The notes beneath the pieces were generated by a model. That model worked only from the letters and a program-made list of their open reading frames with translations, ran no database searches and was not told the DNA's origin. Of a stretch of 64,000 nt of DNA, positions 11,863-24,700 are shown piece after piece. Made by a program: the position numbers and the translations under genes. This DNA is from Tubulanus polymorphus (lineage: Eukaryota > Animalia > Nemertea): contig NC_134025.1 in NCBI RefSeq assembly GCF_964204645.1, positions 10,106,001 through 10,170,000 of the forward strand, in the 5' to 3' direction. Each line of letters starts with the position of its first letter. The stretch's first letter is position 1.

Positions 11863-14800
11863 GGGGTCAGAAGGAAGGCTAACGGCAATCAGAAGGGCCC
11901 AACGGGGCCAAATGACGAAGATTTTCGGAAAAACGGAAGAAAAACTAGCAGAGATTCTACTCGTCGATGAAAGTTCAAGAACTCTGGAAACTGTTCAACC
12001 GTTCTCCACTTTAATCGACGCGCTGTTCACAAAATTCGAATATTTACGACAATTAGACCAACAATTAATGGATGAAATCGCTGATGAAACCGAGTTAACT
12101 AACACTATAGTTGAATCAGATGATTATCTCACTGAGATACAAATCAAACTCGGTCGATTCAAACTGAACTTGGATAATCTACTAGCGAAGATACCAAAAC
12201 CACAATCGCTAAACGAATCTGTAAGTACCATCAATCGAAGCAGTACTACCTCAACCGGCAGTAAAAAAGTCAATCTACCAAAATTGGCTCTCCCAAATTT
12301 CGATGGTGACATTTTGAAATGGTCTACTTTCTACGATAATTTCATCTCAGCCGTCGATAGCGATCCGCATTTGGACGATATCCAGAAGTTTCAATATTTG
12401 GTTGCACAACTCACTGACGAAGCAGCGCGTACCATAGAAGGTCTGCAAATAACTAGCGCTAACTACAAAGAAGCTCTGACGATCTTAGTAGAAAGATACG
12501 GTCAACCTCACAAGATCGTGAACGCGTACATCAGAGCTTTATTAGATTTGCAGCCACCGCAGGATCACGAGAGTCTACGCGAATTTTACGATTCTTTGGA
12601 AACATATATTCGAGGATTGCGCGCGCTCGGGAAATCGGAAGATGCGTTCGGTGACATACTCGTTCCGGTAGTCTTCGATAAGCTACCGAGTCCCGTCAAA
12701 ACACAAATTTCACGGGAGCACGGAGACCGCGCCTGGACACTTAAAGAACTACGCGACGCGATCCGAAAGGAAATACAAGCTACACAGGCAGGAGCGAGCT
12801 GCGTCAACTTCGATAATGAAAAATTATCCGCTCTTCATATAAGCACTAAAACGAGGAAAAATCCGGCCTCGAAAAACAACAGTTGCGCGTTCTGCAAGGG
12901 TCCACATACGGCGTTCTCATGCGATATAATCGTTAACCCAAAAAAGCGACAAGACATCATAAAGGCAAATCGTAAGTGTTATAACTGTTTTGGCAATCAC
13001 ATGGTAACAGCTTGCCAATCGAAATATCGTTGTAAGGTTTGCAAAGGCAAACACCACACTGCTATTCATATAGATCGAAATACTGATACGCATATTGAAT
13101 CAAAAAATATTCATGTCAATATAGCTCCAACTTCAAGTCCTGTTCTCTTGAAATCGGCTATTGGTCAAATAAATTATGGTTCGAATTCGACCACGGTAAA
13201 TATCTTGTTTGACGAAGGAGCGCAGTGCTCATTCATCACTAAAAAGTCGGTAAATGAATTAGGTGTCCGATTGGACAAATTTGAAAAGCAAGATGTAAAT
13301 ATTTCCACCTTTGGTGACAATTCGCCTGGGGCACGTACTCTACGGAGTATAGATTTAAAACTTCGTACGCGTAAAGGCGAAATTGGTTTACGTGCATTAG
13401 TTGTACCGGAAATATGTCCACCAATTCAGAACAATGTAAAACTTGCTGTGACAAATCACCCGTACCTTCGAAATTTACCATTAGCACCGTACGTCAACAC
13501 CAGCAATTGTGAAATTAATCTATTAATCGGTGCTGATTATTACTGGTCGATCGTAGAGAATGAAGTGGTTAGAGGAGCTGGCCCGACAGCTGTCAGTTCC
13601 AAACTCGGGTTCCTTCTATCAGGACCCATCAATTTGAATGCGAATACATCGGTACTCCATACTACCTGTCTTTTGAATACTATACATTCAAACGATGAAT
13701 TCTCAAAATTATCTAACTACTGGGATCTTGAAGTAATTGGCATCAAGGAAACGATTAAATCTGAAACAATGAATTTTGAAACGTATCGAGACAATTACCT
13801 TAAACGCGATACCAGTGGTAAATATATAGCGAATTTACCTTGGAAAGAAGATTATCCACCGCTCCCTACCAATTTTGATATTTGTACCGCTAGAACTAGA
13901 TCTATGGTTAAACGCTTGTCTCCAGAACTGAGGCAGAAATATAATGCGATAATAGCAGAGCAACTTTCACGCGAATTTATTGAGATAGTAGAAAATGATG
14001 ACAAGAGCCAGGGCCATTACATACCCCACCACTCGGTTAAAAAGGAATCAATCACAACACCGATTAGAATTGTTTATGATTGTAGTTGTAAACAAGGGGA
14101 TAATCCTAGTTTGAACGACTGTCTGGAAAGCGGTCCTTCATTAATAAATGATCTTGTGCAGATATTAATCCGCTTTCGCACGAATAACGTCGCATTTACA
14201 AGTGATATTGAAAAGGCATTTTTAAATGTAAAACTCGGTGAAAACGATAGAAATTTCACAAAATTTCTATGGCTATCAGATCCTACGGATCCCGATAGTC
14301 CCTTCAAGGTCTATCGTTTCAAATCAGTACTTTTCGGGTCCACTAGCTCACCATTCATCTTAAATTCTGTAGTGAAAACGCATCTACAGTCCGAAAATAC
14401 AGAAATCTCAATCGATATGCAATCAAACATATACGTTGATAACGTTCTCAGTGGCTCTCATAACGCTAAAAAAGCAATTGAATATTTTGAAGAAGCCACG
14501 AATACTATGAGCAGGGGTGGATTTATTTTGAGATCATGGGCTACAAACGACCCAGAACTAAGATCGTTGATAAAACAACAGGCAATGGGTGAGAATAATG
14601 AAATCGTCAATGTCGTAGGGTTACAATGGGATACGATTAGTGATACTCTTCAGTTTTCAAAGGCCATAAAAGACCCAGCTATGTGCACTCAGTCTGTGGT
14701 ATCTAAGCGGGAAGTTGTGAGCGTAACAGCGTCACTATTTGACCCCCTTGGTCTCCTCTCGCCTGTGCATATTCAAGCTAAAATGTTTATCCAGAAATTG

Positions 14801-17188
14801 TGGCAATCTAAACAAACTTGGGATGAACCCTTATCTGATGAATTATCATCACTCTGGTTTGAAATACATCAGCAGTTATACGCCTGTCAACATACAGCTA
14901 TACAAAGACCATATTTTGGTCAACCGACTAGTGAATGTGAACTACACATTTTTGCTGATGCCAGTCCCAATGCTTATGGGGCTGTAGCTTATCTGAAAAC
15001 TGACAAATCGACTTCAATCATCATGGCAAAATCACGGGTTAAACCATTAAAAGAGGTTACTATCCCTAGACTTGAATTATTGGCAGCACTGATCGCTGCA
15101 CGGCTCGCGAAATTTATCCGTGATGCATTCGACAAGTCAAATTTAAGTTTAACAAAATGTGTTCTTTGGTCCGATAGTCAGATCACAATACATTGGATTC
15201 GGAGTGAGAAGAAATTACCCACATTCGTCGAAAACAGAGTCCGTGAAATTCGGTCTGTCAAATTTGACATAATCAATTATTGTCCTACAAAGGACAACCC
15301 TGCTGATCTCTTGACTCGGGGCATCAATACCCAAGACTTGGATAATAGTAGATTATGGTGGTTTGGACCAACTTGGCTGCCTAATGGCGATTGGCCAATT
15401 GATCGATTGAATAATTCAACTGTACTATATTGTTCAGTAAATAATTCTGAATCGCACTCTCAACAGTGTGCAGAATTAGCTAGTACTAATTCTATCTCAG
15501 TTCTATCAACTACCGCAACTCCATCAGAACCGTCTGGAATACAAAAAGTAATAGATGTCGAGCAATTCAATTCGCTGCATAAATTACTTCGAGTCACAGC
15601 ATGTGTACTACGCTTTATTTCTATTATGAAGAAGACATGTCAACCTAGACATAATCATATTACCGTGCCAGAAATACGTTTGGCTCGTACTACGTGGGTT
15701 CGCTCTTTGCAAGATGACGAATTTTCAAATGAAATTAAATGTATTCAGAAAGGGGGACGAGGTACCCAATTGACTAAACAATTAAACCTATTCACTGATA
15801 AAGAGGGTTTAATTAGATGTGGCGGTCGTTTTCAAAACGCGAATCTTAACTACAACGCTAAGTACCCAATATTATTGCCATCGAAGCACCCATACACAAA
15901 ATTAGTAATTAGTGACGCCCATAAAATGGTTCTACACAGTGGGTTACAATCAACTTTGTGTTACATACGTCAATCATATTGGATACCAAGAATTAGGCAA
16001 ATAGTTAGCCCAATTATTAGAAAATGCTCAGTTTGCATTAGACATGATGGTAAATCATATCGTGCGCCAATCACGCCTCCGTTACCTGCCTGTAGACTAA
16101 AAGAAGCTCCACCCTTTACCATCACAGGCGTTGATTTCACTGGCCATTTATATTATCGCACGAAACACTCAAAACAGAACAAGGCATACATATGTCTATT
16201 TACATGCGCCGTTTCCAGGGCAATACATCTGGAAATAGTCACTGATCTGACGCCTGCTTCCTTTATGAGAGCATTTCGCAGATTTGCCAGCAGGAGGTCG
16301 TTGCCAAGTCAATTGATCTCTGATAATGGTTCAACATTTTTGTCTGCAGAAAACGATATCAAAGAAATATTCAAATCAACAAAAGTCAGAAACTTTCTGT
16401 CTAACAAACTTGTTACTTGGACATTTATACCGAAACGCGCGCCATGGTTTGGCGGATTTTATGAAAGATTAGTCGGTATAACAAAAAACACTTTGAAAAA
16501 AGTAGTTGGTCGAGCGTGTATTACCTTGGACGAATTGTCGACTCTAATTACTGAAATAGAGGCTACAATAAACGATCGTCCTCTAACGTACATGACAAAT
16601 GATGACGATGAGATCATTCCCTTAACTCCATCACATTTAATTTGTGGGAGAATGATTACTCTGTTACCTCAACCGGTAGTTGAAGAAAACGAACTAATTG
16701 ATCCGAATTTTAACTTACCGCCCATCGGTTTCTCCGACGCGAAGAAACGCATGAAATACTTAGACAGTCTTTTCCAAGATTACTGGATACGGTGGCGAAA
16801 TGAATATTTGCCAACCTTAAGGGAAAACCACTGTCAGACGCTAAAGCGGGGTGGCATTACGGAAAATCATGTCAAAATAGGCGATATAGTGATCGTTCAT
16901 GATGACTCAAAAAAGAGAATCTTTTGGCAACTCGCTATCATTGAAGGTCTGAACAAGGGCAACGACGGTCTTGTGAGATCCGCGGTAATTCGTACTAAAA
17001 GCGGGATTACGAATAGACCCCTTAAAAAATTATACCCCTTAGAAATTAATTCTGATAGTGGCGAGAAAATGAATGATGAATCATCGCCTCTAATTAGTAA
17101 TATTCAACCCCCAATGAAAATAAAACGAAATGCAGCATTGAACGCTAGAAATAAAATAAAAAACTGGTGTGACAAACTGGTCGACTAA
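11861..17188 (+). CDS. BEL/Pao gag-pol polyprotein (~1775 aa)
   Basis: Uninterrupted ORF: gag LPKLALPNFDGDILKW, three Cys/His knuckles (CAFCKGPH, CYNCFGNH, CKVCKGKHH), protease ILFDEGAQCSFI, RT DIEKAF and YVDN, RNase H HIFADAS/RLELLAA/WSDS/NPADLLTRG, integrase HHCC plus GVDF/SDNG/ERLVG. Confidence 0.97.
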   Translation: MGSEGRLTAIRRAQRGQMTKIFGKTEEKLAEILLVDESSRTLETVQPFSTLIDALFTKFEYLRQLDQQLMDEIADETELTNTIVESDDYLTEIQIKLGRFKLNLDNLLAKIPKPQSLNESVSTINRSSTTSTGSKKVNLPKLALPNFDGDILKWSTFYDNFISAVDSDPHLDDIQKFQYLVAQLTDEAARTIEGLQITSANYKEALTILVERYGQPHKIVNAYIRALLDLQPPQDHESLREFYDSLETYIRGLRALGKSEDAFGDILVPVVFDKLPSPVKTQISREHGDRAWTLKELRDAIRKEIQATQAGASCVNFDNEKLSALHISTKTRKNPASKNNSCAFCKGPHTAFSCDIIVNPKKRQDIIKANRKCYNCFGNHMVTACQSKYRCKVCKGKHHTAIHIDRNTDTHIESKNIHVNIAPTSSPVLLKSAIGQINYGSNSTTVNILFDEGAQCSFITKKSVNELGVRLDKFEKQDVNISTFGDNSPGARTLRSIDLKLRTRKGEIGLRALVVPEICPPIQNNVKLAVTNHPYLRNLPLAPYVNTSNCEINLLIGADYYWSIVENEVVRGAGPTAVSSKLGFLLSGPINLNANTSVLHTTCLLNTIHSNDEFSKLSNYWDLEVIGIKETIKSETMNFETYRDNYLKRDTSGKYIANLPWKEDYPPLPTNFDICTARTRSMVKRLSPELRQKYNAIIAEQLSREFIEIVENDDKSQGHYIPHHSVKKESITTPIRIVYDCSCKQGDNPSLNDCLESGPSLINDLVQILIRFRTNNVAFTSDIEKAFLNVKLGENDRNFTKFLWLSDPTDPDSPFKVYRFKSVLFGSTSSPFILNSVVKTHLQSENTEISIDMQSNIYVDNVLSGSHNAKKAIEYFEEATNTMSRGGFILRSWATNDPELRSLIKQQAMGENNEIVNVVGLQWDTISDTLQFSKAIKDPAMCTQSVVSKREVVSVTASLFDPLGLLSPVHIQAKMFIQKLWQSKQTWDEPLSDELSSLWFEIHQQLYACQHTAIQRPYFGQPTSECELHIFADASPNAYGAVAYLKTDKSTSIIMAKSRVKPLKEVTIPRLELLAALIAARLAKFIRDAFDKSNLSLTKCVLWSDSQITIHWIRSEKKLPTFVENRVREIRSVKFDIINYCPTKDNPADLLTRGINTQDLDNSRLWWFGPTWLPNGDWPIDRLNNSTVLYCSVNNSESHSQQCAELASTNSISVLSTTATPSEPSGIQKVIDVEQFNSLHKLLRVTACVLRFISIMKKTCQPRHNHITVPEIRLARTTWVRSLQDDEFSNEIKCIQKGGRGTQLTKQLNLFTDKEGLIRCGGRFQNANLNYNAKYPILLPSKHPYTKLVISDAHKMVLHSGLQSTLCYIRQSYWIPRIRQIVSPIIRKCSVCIRHDGKSYRAPITPPLPACRLKEAPPFTITGVDFTGHLYYRTKHSKQNKAYICLFTCAVSRAIHLEIVTDLTPASFMRAFRRFASRRSLPSQLISDNGSTFLSAENDIKEIFKSTKVRNFLSNKLVTWTFIPKRAPWFGGFYERLVGITKNTLKKVVGRACITLDELSTLITEIEATINDRPLTYMTNDDDEIIPLTPSHLICGRMITLLPQPVVEENELIDPNFNLPPIGFSDAKKRMKYLDSLFQDYWIRWRNEYLPTLRENHCQTLKRGGITENHVKIGDIVIVHDDSKKRIFWQLAIIEGLNKGNDGLVRSAVIRTKSGITNRPLKKLYPLEINSDSGEKMNDESSPLISNIQPPMKIKRNAALNARNKIKNWCDKLVD

Positions 17189-17860
17189 TGCACAGGTTCA
17201 GCCTAATCAGAGTATAATTCAAACTTATGTTCATAATGTTTCTTAATATGAGTTAATTTCATTTTTGAAGATTTATAATGTTAAGAACATGTTCTTCTAT
17301 GTTTTTCAATTATTAAAATGTGTAAATGACGATCACCATAGTATATATGTAAAATTTAATGTTAATTGAAATGTAAGTTGAATCTTAACAGTGAAAATCA
17401 TGTATGTATACATTCAAGCACAAATTGTATTAATGTTGAAATACTATGTAATTTCCTTTCTATTATATACCTGAATATATATCGGAGTAAATGTTCTTTT
17501 TATATCTGATATTCACATGTTTTTAATTTCAAGAATACGTCAATCAATATTGTAATCTGTTATCTCATAATAATGCTATACAATATCCTAGTTATCATGT
17601 ATACACCTATATTTTAGTTGAGACACAACGCAATGTCAAAGTTTAACGTCAAAGCTTAATGTCAATGTTTAATGTCAAAGCAATCTCAGTTTTGTGTTAA
17701 ATGAAGATTAAGAGTAATGCAAACTTAATGTATCGAAGATTTAGTGATTCTGATATGAAATTGGAAATTGATTAATTTCTCATTTTTTACGTAGGCTTAT
17801 TAACCTCATAGGTATTCCTAATTGATTATACATCCTATCTTTTCTTCCCGCCGCCGGGAG

Positions 17861-18055
17861 TGTTTCGAAAGTTCGGTTACTAAGCCGCTCATCTGGTTTG
17901 TGTTTATATATTTACTGTGGATGACATCTTGTTTATGTTTATTCTCCATCTATGTGAAAATAAAATCAGTCACTTCCAAGGTTTCGTAGTAACCAGACGT
18001 GTTGCTTCTTTCTCTCGGATCTGTCCCCTCTGGTCGAATCGAACCTTTCACGACA
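17861..18055 (+). repeat. 3' LTR (195 bp)
   Basis: Copy of 11647-11841, preceded by the short PPT-like ccgccgggag and followed by TSD AGCGG. Confidence 0.97.
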
Positions 18056-18760
18056 AGCGGTTGAATCAAAACAATGACATGTGCCTTTGTTTACTTTTTC
18101 TCATGAGTTGTTTGCAAACTGGTTTGTTAGACTAATCACTCTATTGGCATTGACTAAGTTCAATTAATTGGCATTGACTAAGTTGAATTACCATGCCTGA
18201 AGTCTTTTTGGCCAAGTTGTCGTTGATACAGAAAAGAAAAGCAAGCTTAGCCTATGAATGATAGTATGAAAAAACTTGGTTTTTTGAAAAGTTGGTTTGA
18301 AATGATAGCCTAAGGCCTATGGCTGCTTAAATAAATCCAAGTAGAAATACATTGCAGAAATTATGAACAGAGGACAAGGGCATAACATAATTTCTGTTGA
18401 CAAAATCCTGATGATGAGGGTATGGTTGCAACGTTGAATTTATCTTTACTACTGCTACTAACCCTAAACATTGATAAATCAGTTTTGTAGTGGTTAGTTT
18501 ATGCCCACTTTAGGAATACCTATTTTGTAAATCAAGTCTTTACCGGGCCTTCAGATAGGCCTGTACAGTTTATATTATTCTGGATCGAGGTATTCTATAT
18601 TCTGCTGGCCCCAGAAAAGAATTCCAGAATTGGTAGTGTCCAACCGAAACCTGCCTTATGATTCCGGTATCATTGACCTGCATTTCCGATACTTAATGCC
18701 ATGTACGATTGAAGTGTAATAAAAATTTTTTGTTTCAGTTGGAATTTACTTTTAAAAGAA

Positions 18761-21700
18761 ATGTCTGACGCGCAGGTTAGTAGTAAATCCGATTACAGCA
18801 AGATTTTTGAGTGAAAGTTTTTTTTTGTATAATATCATATGCCGTAAACATTATAATACGTGTGGTGCTTTGTTCGTTGTCGCGTGCTCTAATGGTATTA
18901 GGTTTTGTAAGATTCAAGCAGGCCTATGTAGCAACGGGTTACTTTTTGGGATGAGGAGATATATTTACAATAGCCTAGCCTACAAAAGCTATAATGAGGA
19001 GATGCTATAAAGGAAAGTTGTTGTTACTGTGTTTGCAGGACTTGGTGCACTAGGCTTGCTGGAGTACTTATACGTATAGTCAACTCTTAGTTTATTTGCT
19101 GCCACTGTTAGGACCACAATGTCTCGAGAGTGGTGAATAACTTGAACATCATTTTAATTGGCAATGAGTTAAACATTCCGACTCAAGGTTGGCTAATGAA
19201 TGGCAGTTGACTATACATTCAAGATTCTTATTTCTTCATTCTGTCTTTATGTGAATGCACATTGGGTCTGCATTTACGGTTGAATTTTGCTTTATAATGT
19301 GCACGACCAAACACATTTGTTAAGGCGGCCCGAGTCACAGGTTTTGAGGAAAACCCAAGCAAAAATCCATATGTGCAGGCGGCATGAGAAATAAGAAAGG
19401 GGTCATCGATGCTTAATTCTTCTCAAATTCTAACCCCCGCTTGCATAAGAATAGAAATATCAGTGCTTTTAAATCCTGCAGAATATCCTTTAAATCTATC
19501 TGGCCGCCTTGAACAGGGTATGATCTAAGCCATAAAAGCCGCCTGCCAGTGTTGCAAGCAAATCGGTACTTGCCCAAAAAACATTTTGCATAGAAACGCG
19601 TTAGAAACAAATTATAGAATATACTTGTCCCTGGCACTCGGACAAACGCTTAGATCGGACCCTGTTGAAGCTCCTAAAGATGATTGTGTGCGAGTGACAG
19701 AGAAAATCGACTATGTGTGAATAGGCCTTTCTCGATTTCCAGTAATCGGCATCGATCCGTATATGTACACGGCTGCTCGGAAATTGATCAAATTCAATGA
19801 TGAAAATGAAACGAAAGACTATTCACGTCGCGCCGCGGCAGTACGATATCGGCGACAACGTTTACATGCGATGGAAGGGCAGCGGGAATCTGTGGTTCCC
19901 CGGTGTCATCGTTGGTTATTGTAACGACGAAGATTACGTTGTTCTGTGCGATAACGTAGAATACGAAGTCGAACCGCAACTCGTCAAGGTAAATGTCGTC
20001 GTAATCTAATAAACTGAGCGTGGTCGATGTGTCGGGTTTTAACTGCTGCAGCCAGCTTGGAATGCTCAGTTCATTGGTAATGCGGAAGTCTAAGGTTGTA
20101 GTGTCCCAATGATTCCTTAAAAACTCCTCAACAGAAAATGCTTTTAAAGGTGCTTGAAACTCCTTTATTTTTACCAGTATGCCTAAAACTCCTTCAACAT
20201 TGAGAAATAGGCAACTGGAAATGTTAGTAGTTGTGCGCTGAACTGAGTCCATTTATATAAATCAAATGGGGTGGTTACCAAATTAGAAACTCAGTTTATT
20301 AATTTGTTAACAAAAATCACTTAGGTAAACAGTACTGATTTAGGAGTGTCTACATTAATTGGGATATGAAAGTGATACAGGTACTCCTTGAAAAGTCCTG
20401 TTCAGGTATGACCCATATAGGGACCCTGAATGGGATCCAGACAGGAGTACAATGAGCATCCTTTTGTAGCCTTTTCAAAACAAAAAAGCAATTTTTTCCA
20501 GGACAATTTTGCTTTTTGATTTCTCTTTAAAGTTCATACAAGTGCCTGGAAATTTCCTCGATTTTCCTGACCCCTGTCCAAGCTTTCTTGCTCACTCAGC
20601 GTGGAAACTTGACCTTTTTCGGCAGTATGCCCCGTTTGATTTCTTTATGCTCCCGGTAAGTCTCCCGCGGGATCTGCGCCTATAACAGTAAAACCCTGGA
20701 AAAAATCAATTCCCCCTCCTAGGAACAAATACATGTAATTTCTGAGGTTTTTTACTCTGAACTCAAATTCATTTTTAATGAGGCGTCAGTCTTCAGAACT
20801 TAAACTCTAAACCGGCTGGTGTATTTCATTGACGTGAATATAGATATTTAAAACATGCAGATTATAAGTAATTGTATACAATGATTGCTGTTCTCGTTTA
20901 AGCAAAAAAAAACACCTACCTGGTAATCTAATTTTTCGGAAATTATTCTTTATTTACAATCCCTGAAATCTAGGGAGTTCTGAACTGGCTGACCGTGAGT
21001 TTGGTTATGGGCCTGTGAACAAAAAGAAATACCAGAAATAGATATTGGTAACCTGGAAAACAGCTAATGTCTCTTCAAATCCCTAAATGACATAACGTTT
21101 CAAATCACTAATGACATAACGGCCTTGTCTACTGCTGTCTGTGAATGTACTATAGGTGGTATTTAAGTGGTATTCTTGACCTGTACTATGCCCTGGTTAT
21201 GTTTGTTTCATTAGCTCGTCAACTGTCAGCGTTAGTAGACTAGCGTTATAAATCTATATTCGAGAGTATTTTGCTAACCAGATTCCTGTGTGTAAGTGTA
21301 CGCGTGTAACAAATAACTCGATTGATATTGTATGTTTTTTCAGTATTTTATTTGCTCGTTGATAGATACGTAAATTTAGCTCGATTATTATTAACATATG
21401 TGTGTGCTTAATAATGTGATTAGCTTTAACCTACTATACAACTGCGAAGAAACCTATGCAATATCATAAGAAGCAGTGAGGGGAGTGAAGTGAGTTTGGC
21501 TCTACACGTTGCGGTGTATATATCTCGTTTCAGGCGGAATCTACTTTCAAGAAGTCTCTGGCGAGACGACGCAGCACGAGTCGTAGTCGAACGAGGCGGT
21601 CGACATCTCGGTCGCGTTCTCGCAGTCGCGGTCGAAGACAGACATCGCGTTCACCGGCACGGGAAACGAAAACGACGGCCATGCCCTCGCCAGGTCGATC

Positions 21701-24700
21701 GACGCGTAAACGGACGGCGAAAGTCGCGGATGAGGAGCCACCGACCGCCGCCGAAAAGCAGAACAACCACCATAAAGATAATCATATCCATCCGGAAACG
21801 CCCACTCGTCACTCGGCCAGACTTCAGGCTAAACATGACGTGAGTATTGCCAAAAACCACTTACCTGGAAAGTCAGGAAATTTTGTAGAAAGAAAAATAT
21901 ATAAATCACCGGGGAAATTCAAGGAAAGTTTGTTGAGGTAGTTTGTCAGATCGCACATAATCAAATAGTACCCGGAGGATTGTGAAAATCTAATGTTCAA
22001 CTTGGTAATCCTGGGGTGTTGGAAGCAATTTTTGATTGCTGACTAATTGACAGGTTCTTATATTGCTGTCGAGAATTTACTTCAGTTTCATCAAAAACAT
22101 CCAGTGTAGAAAGAATGAGAAAAGTCATTCAGTAAATTATTGCCGCGGCTTTCGCTGCTGCAGTCACTACACTTCAAACGCCAACTGTTATCAGCAGAAA
22201 CTGAGGCACTGAATTATTCAGTAGAATACTTGATAAGGGAAATAATAAATGAGCTATAAACTCAATCCAATTGAATTTTTTGATTAATACAAAAAAAAGA
22301 ATAATTGAAGAGCTTAATTTCTGTTAAAGCCTATGATGCATTGTTGGGGTTGATTTTCTTTTTAGGAGGAGGAAGGAATACATGTACTAAAACCGACGTT
22401 AGAAGAGGTGGGTCTGTCAACTTATAGTACAGCTCGGGTCGGTAAAACGAAAGAACTTGATTTCGGCGGTTGGATCGGCGCAAGCTGTATGACGTTGTCC
22501 CTACCAGTCGCTGTGTTTTATCTGACATTCATGTGTCAAAAAGTAAGTCGATATTTGGACGTCTTATCGTAAGCATTCGGGGATTTTGGTGATTTTCTTG
22601 AGTAGTCATTCATCAAATTATGTTTTAGGACAGCTGTACGGTGATGAAATTAGCCAAGTGTCCCTCGAAACTCAGTACTTACTTCGATCTCAACGCGACT
22701 CTGATATTTTTCGGCTGGATGGCGTTTCAAGTATTGCTAGCTGTGCTGCCTATTGGTAGCGTCGTCGAAGGCGTCGTGCTGAAAAGTGGTCACAGATTGT
22801 CGTATCGATGCAATGGTATGTATTTCATCGTAGCATCTTATTAGGATAATTCCAGGGCAGCCCGCTGAAAAGAGTTATACAGTAAACTTAGAGTCGGATC
22901 TTTTGAGTAAAAATGTTTCAGACTTGAGTGATATCTGAGTGATTGATGTGATGTATTTCAGATATATAGTGTCATTAGATATTTCAACGAACATCCGAGT
23001 TAAACGGTTATATGAGTTCATAGGATCCGACTTGTGTGCAGTCTATTGCATAAGGGATCATTCATTTATTACGTACACATAAAATTTGAATTTTCGGCCA
23101 TTTTTTCATACACATTGAGCATTACTGTACGCAATTGCACTGATTCCTCCACTAATGCATACATAATGAATGAAAATCAACTTGATCCAGTTCCATAGTT
23201 GTTAGAGTTAACTTATGAGTTCAAATTTTAAGAAGTGCATACATGCTTGGATCGAGGTCTTGAAAATGTATGACCCCCCCAATTATTATAAAAACTAGTT
23301 AACCTGTATATTTGTGTTTTGCAGGTTTCATCAGTTTGTTGTTAAGCTGTGCTGCATTTGCCGGATTGGTCTACATGAAAAAACCGGTAGTTTATGTGTA
23401 CGATCATTTCATCGCTCTTCTAACGTCGGCCGTCATATTCTCGATCGTTGCATCGTTGTGTCTCTATATCAGAGCACGTCGAGCCCGTAACGCTGACTTG
23501 AGCCCTGCAGGCAACTCAGGTAAGTTAGCAGTGTTCATAGTGGTCGTTGAAAGTTTGAAAAAAAAACGGAAATGGGTCTATTCAATACCTTGAGTATCAA
23601 GGAATGGCTCTAAAATCCTTAAATCACTGCCATGTTCCTGGAATGACATAGCCTAACCACGCGATTACAATTTGAAGCTTTTGTTCACATATAATCTATG
23701 GGGTACATTATATCAGGTCATGGTATTGTTTGATCTAGTACATTAGGCAGATGATTTATCTCAACTCCAATGACAGCAATGATTCTGCACAACGCAAATA
23801 TCACGATTATATATAAGTTCTTGAATCGGAGTCAAGAAAGTCCTTGAAAGAAATTAAATGAGATTGGTCATGGACACTATGAACCCAGAATTAGTTATAG
23901 CACCTATCGTCATTACACTAACTTTCTGTTAAGATTTGTTAGTTTCCCTCAGTCATTAAGGCCCTACTGCCGAGGGGCCCTAATTGCTAAATCATTCGTT
24001 TTCCTCAAAAGTGTTTGCCAAGCTGCTTCTGTGAGGTCCTTAATATTTCAATGGTATTAAATGTGAAGGCCGTTGTGTTGTAATTCTGGGTAGTACTGCT
24101 ACCGGTGGCTAAACTCATTTCAGGGGATTGTAACCAATGTGTAATTGTGTGCAATGAAATGATGATTGCTCTTCATTTCATTCCAGGATATCTGATATAC
24201 GATTTCTTCATGGGTCATGAATTGAATCCGAGAATTGGCAGTCTGGACTTGAAGTTCTTCTGCGAACTGCGACCCGGTTTGATCGGTTGGGTGATGTTGA
24301 ACTTTTGTTTCATCGCCAGGGATTGCATGGACAACAAATTCCCGAGCTATCCTCTGCTTCTCGTGTCGGCTTTCCATCTGATATACGTCATGGATGCTTT
24401 GTGGTTTGAGGTAATATTTGAAATCACATGTAGATTTCTCTACAAATCGCATACCCGGTAATTAAGTCTGAACCAAGGCGACCTTCTTAGTTTCAATTTC
24501 ATGATTATTTTAACTTCCGAGAAAAGGTTTATACTATTTAAACTTTTTATTGTTTGCTGTAGAAAAAAAGTATTAAAAAGATAAAGAAATATATCAGTAA
24601 TACATGATTCTATTGCATTGCAGGACTCTATATTGACAACTATGGATATTACGCATGAAGGATTCGGATTTATGTTGTGTTTCGGCGATATCGCCTGGGT

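Larger units (their letters stand above)
11647..18055 (+). mobile_element. Full-length BEL/Pao LTR retrotransposon
   Basis: Identical 195-bp LTRs (TGT...ACA) at 11647-11841 and 17861-18055; AGCGG target-site duplication at 11642-11646 and 18056-18060; PBS; single gag-pol ORF with domain order PR-RT-RNaseH-IN. Confidence 0.97.

Noticed and set aside
11271-18088. Weak inverted similarity between aggcacatgt...ttcaacc (11271) and ggttgaa...acatgtgcct (18059)
   Set aside because: Short and gapped; cannot be distinguished from chance or an old remnant.
18143-18190. 24-bp tandem duplication attggcattgactaagtt
   Set aside because: Two copies without spacers; a simple slippage duplication, not a CRISPR array.
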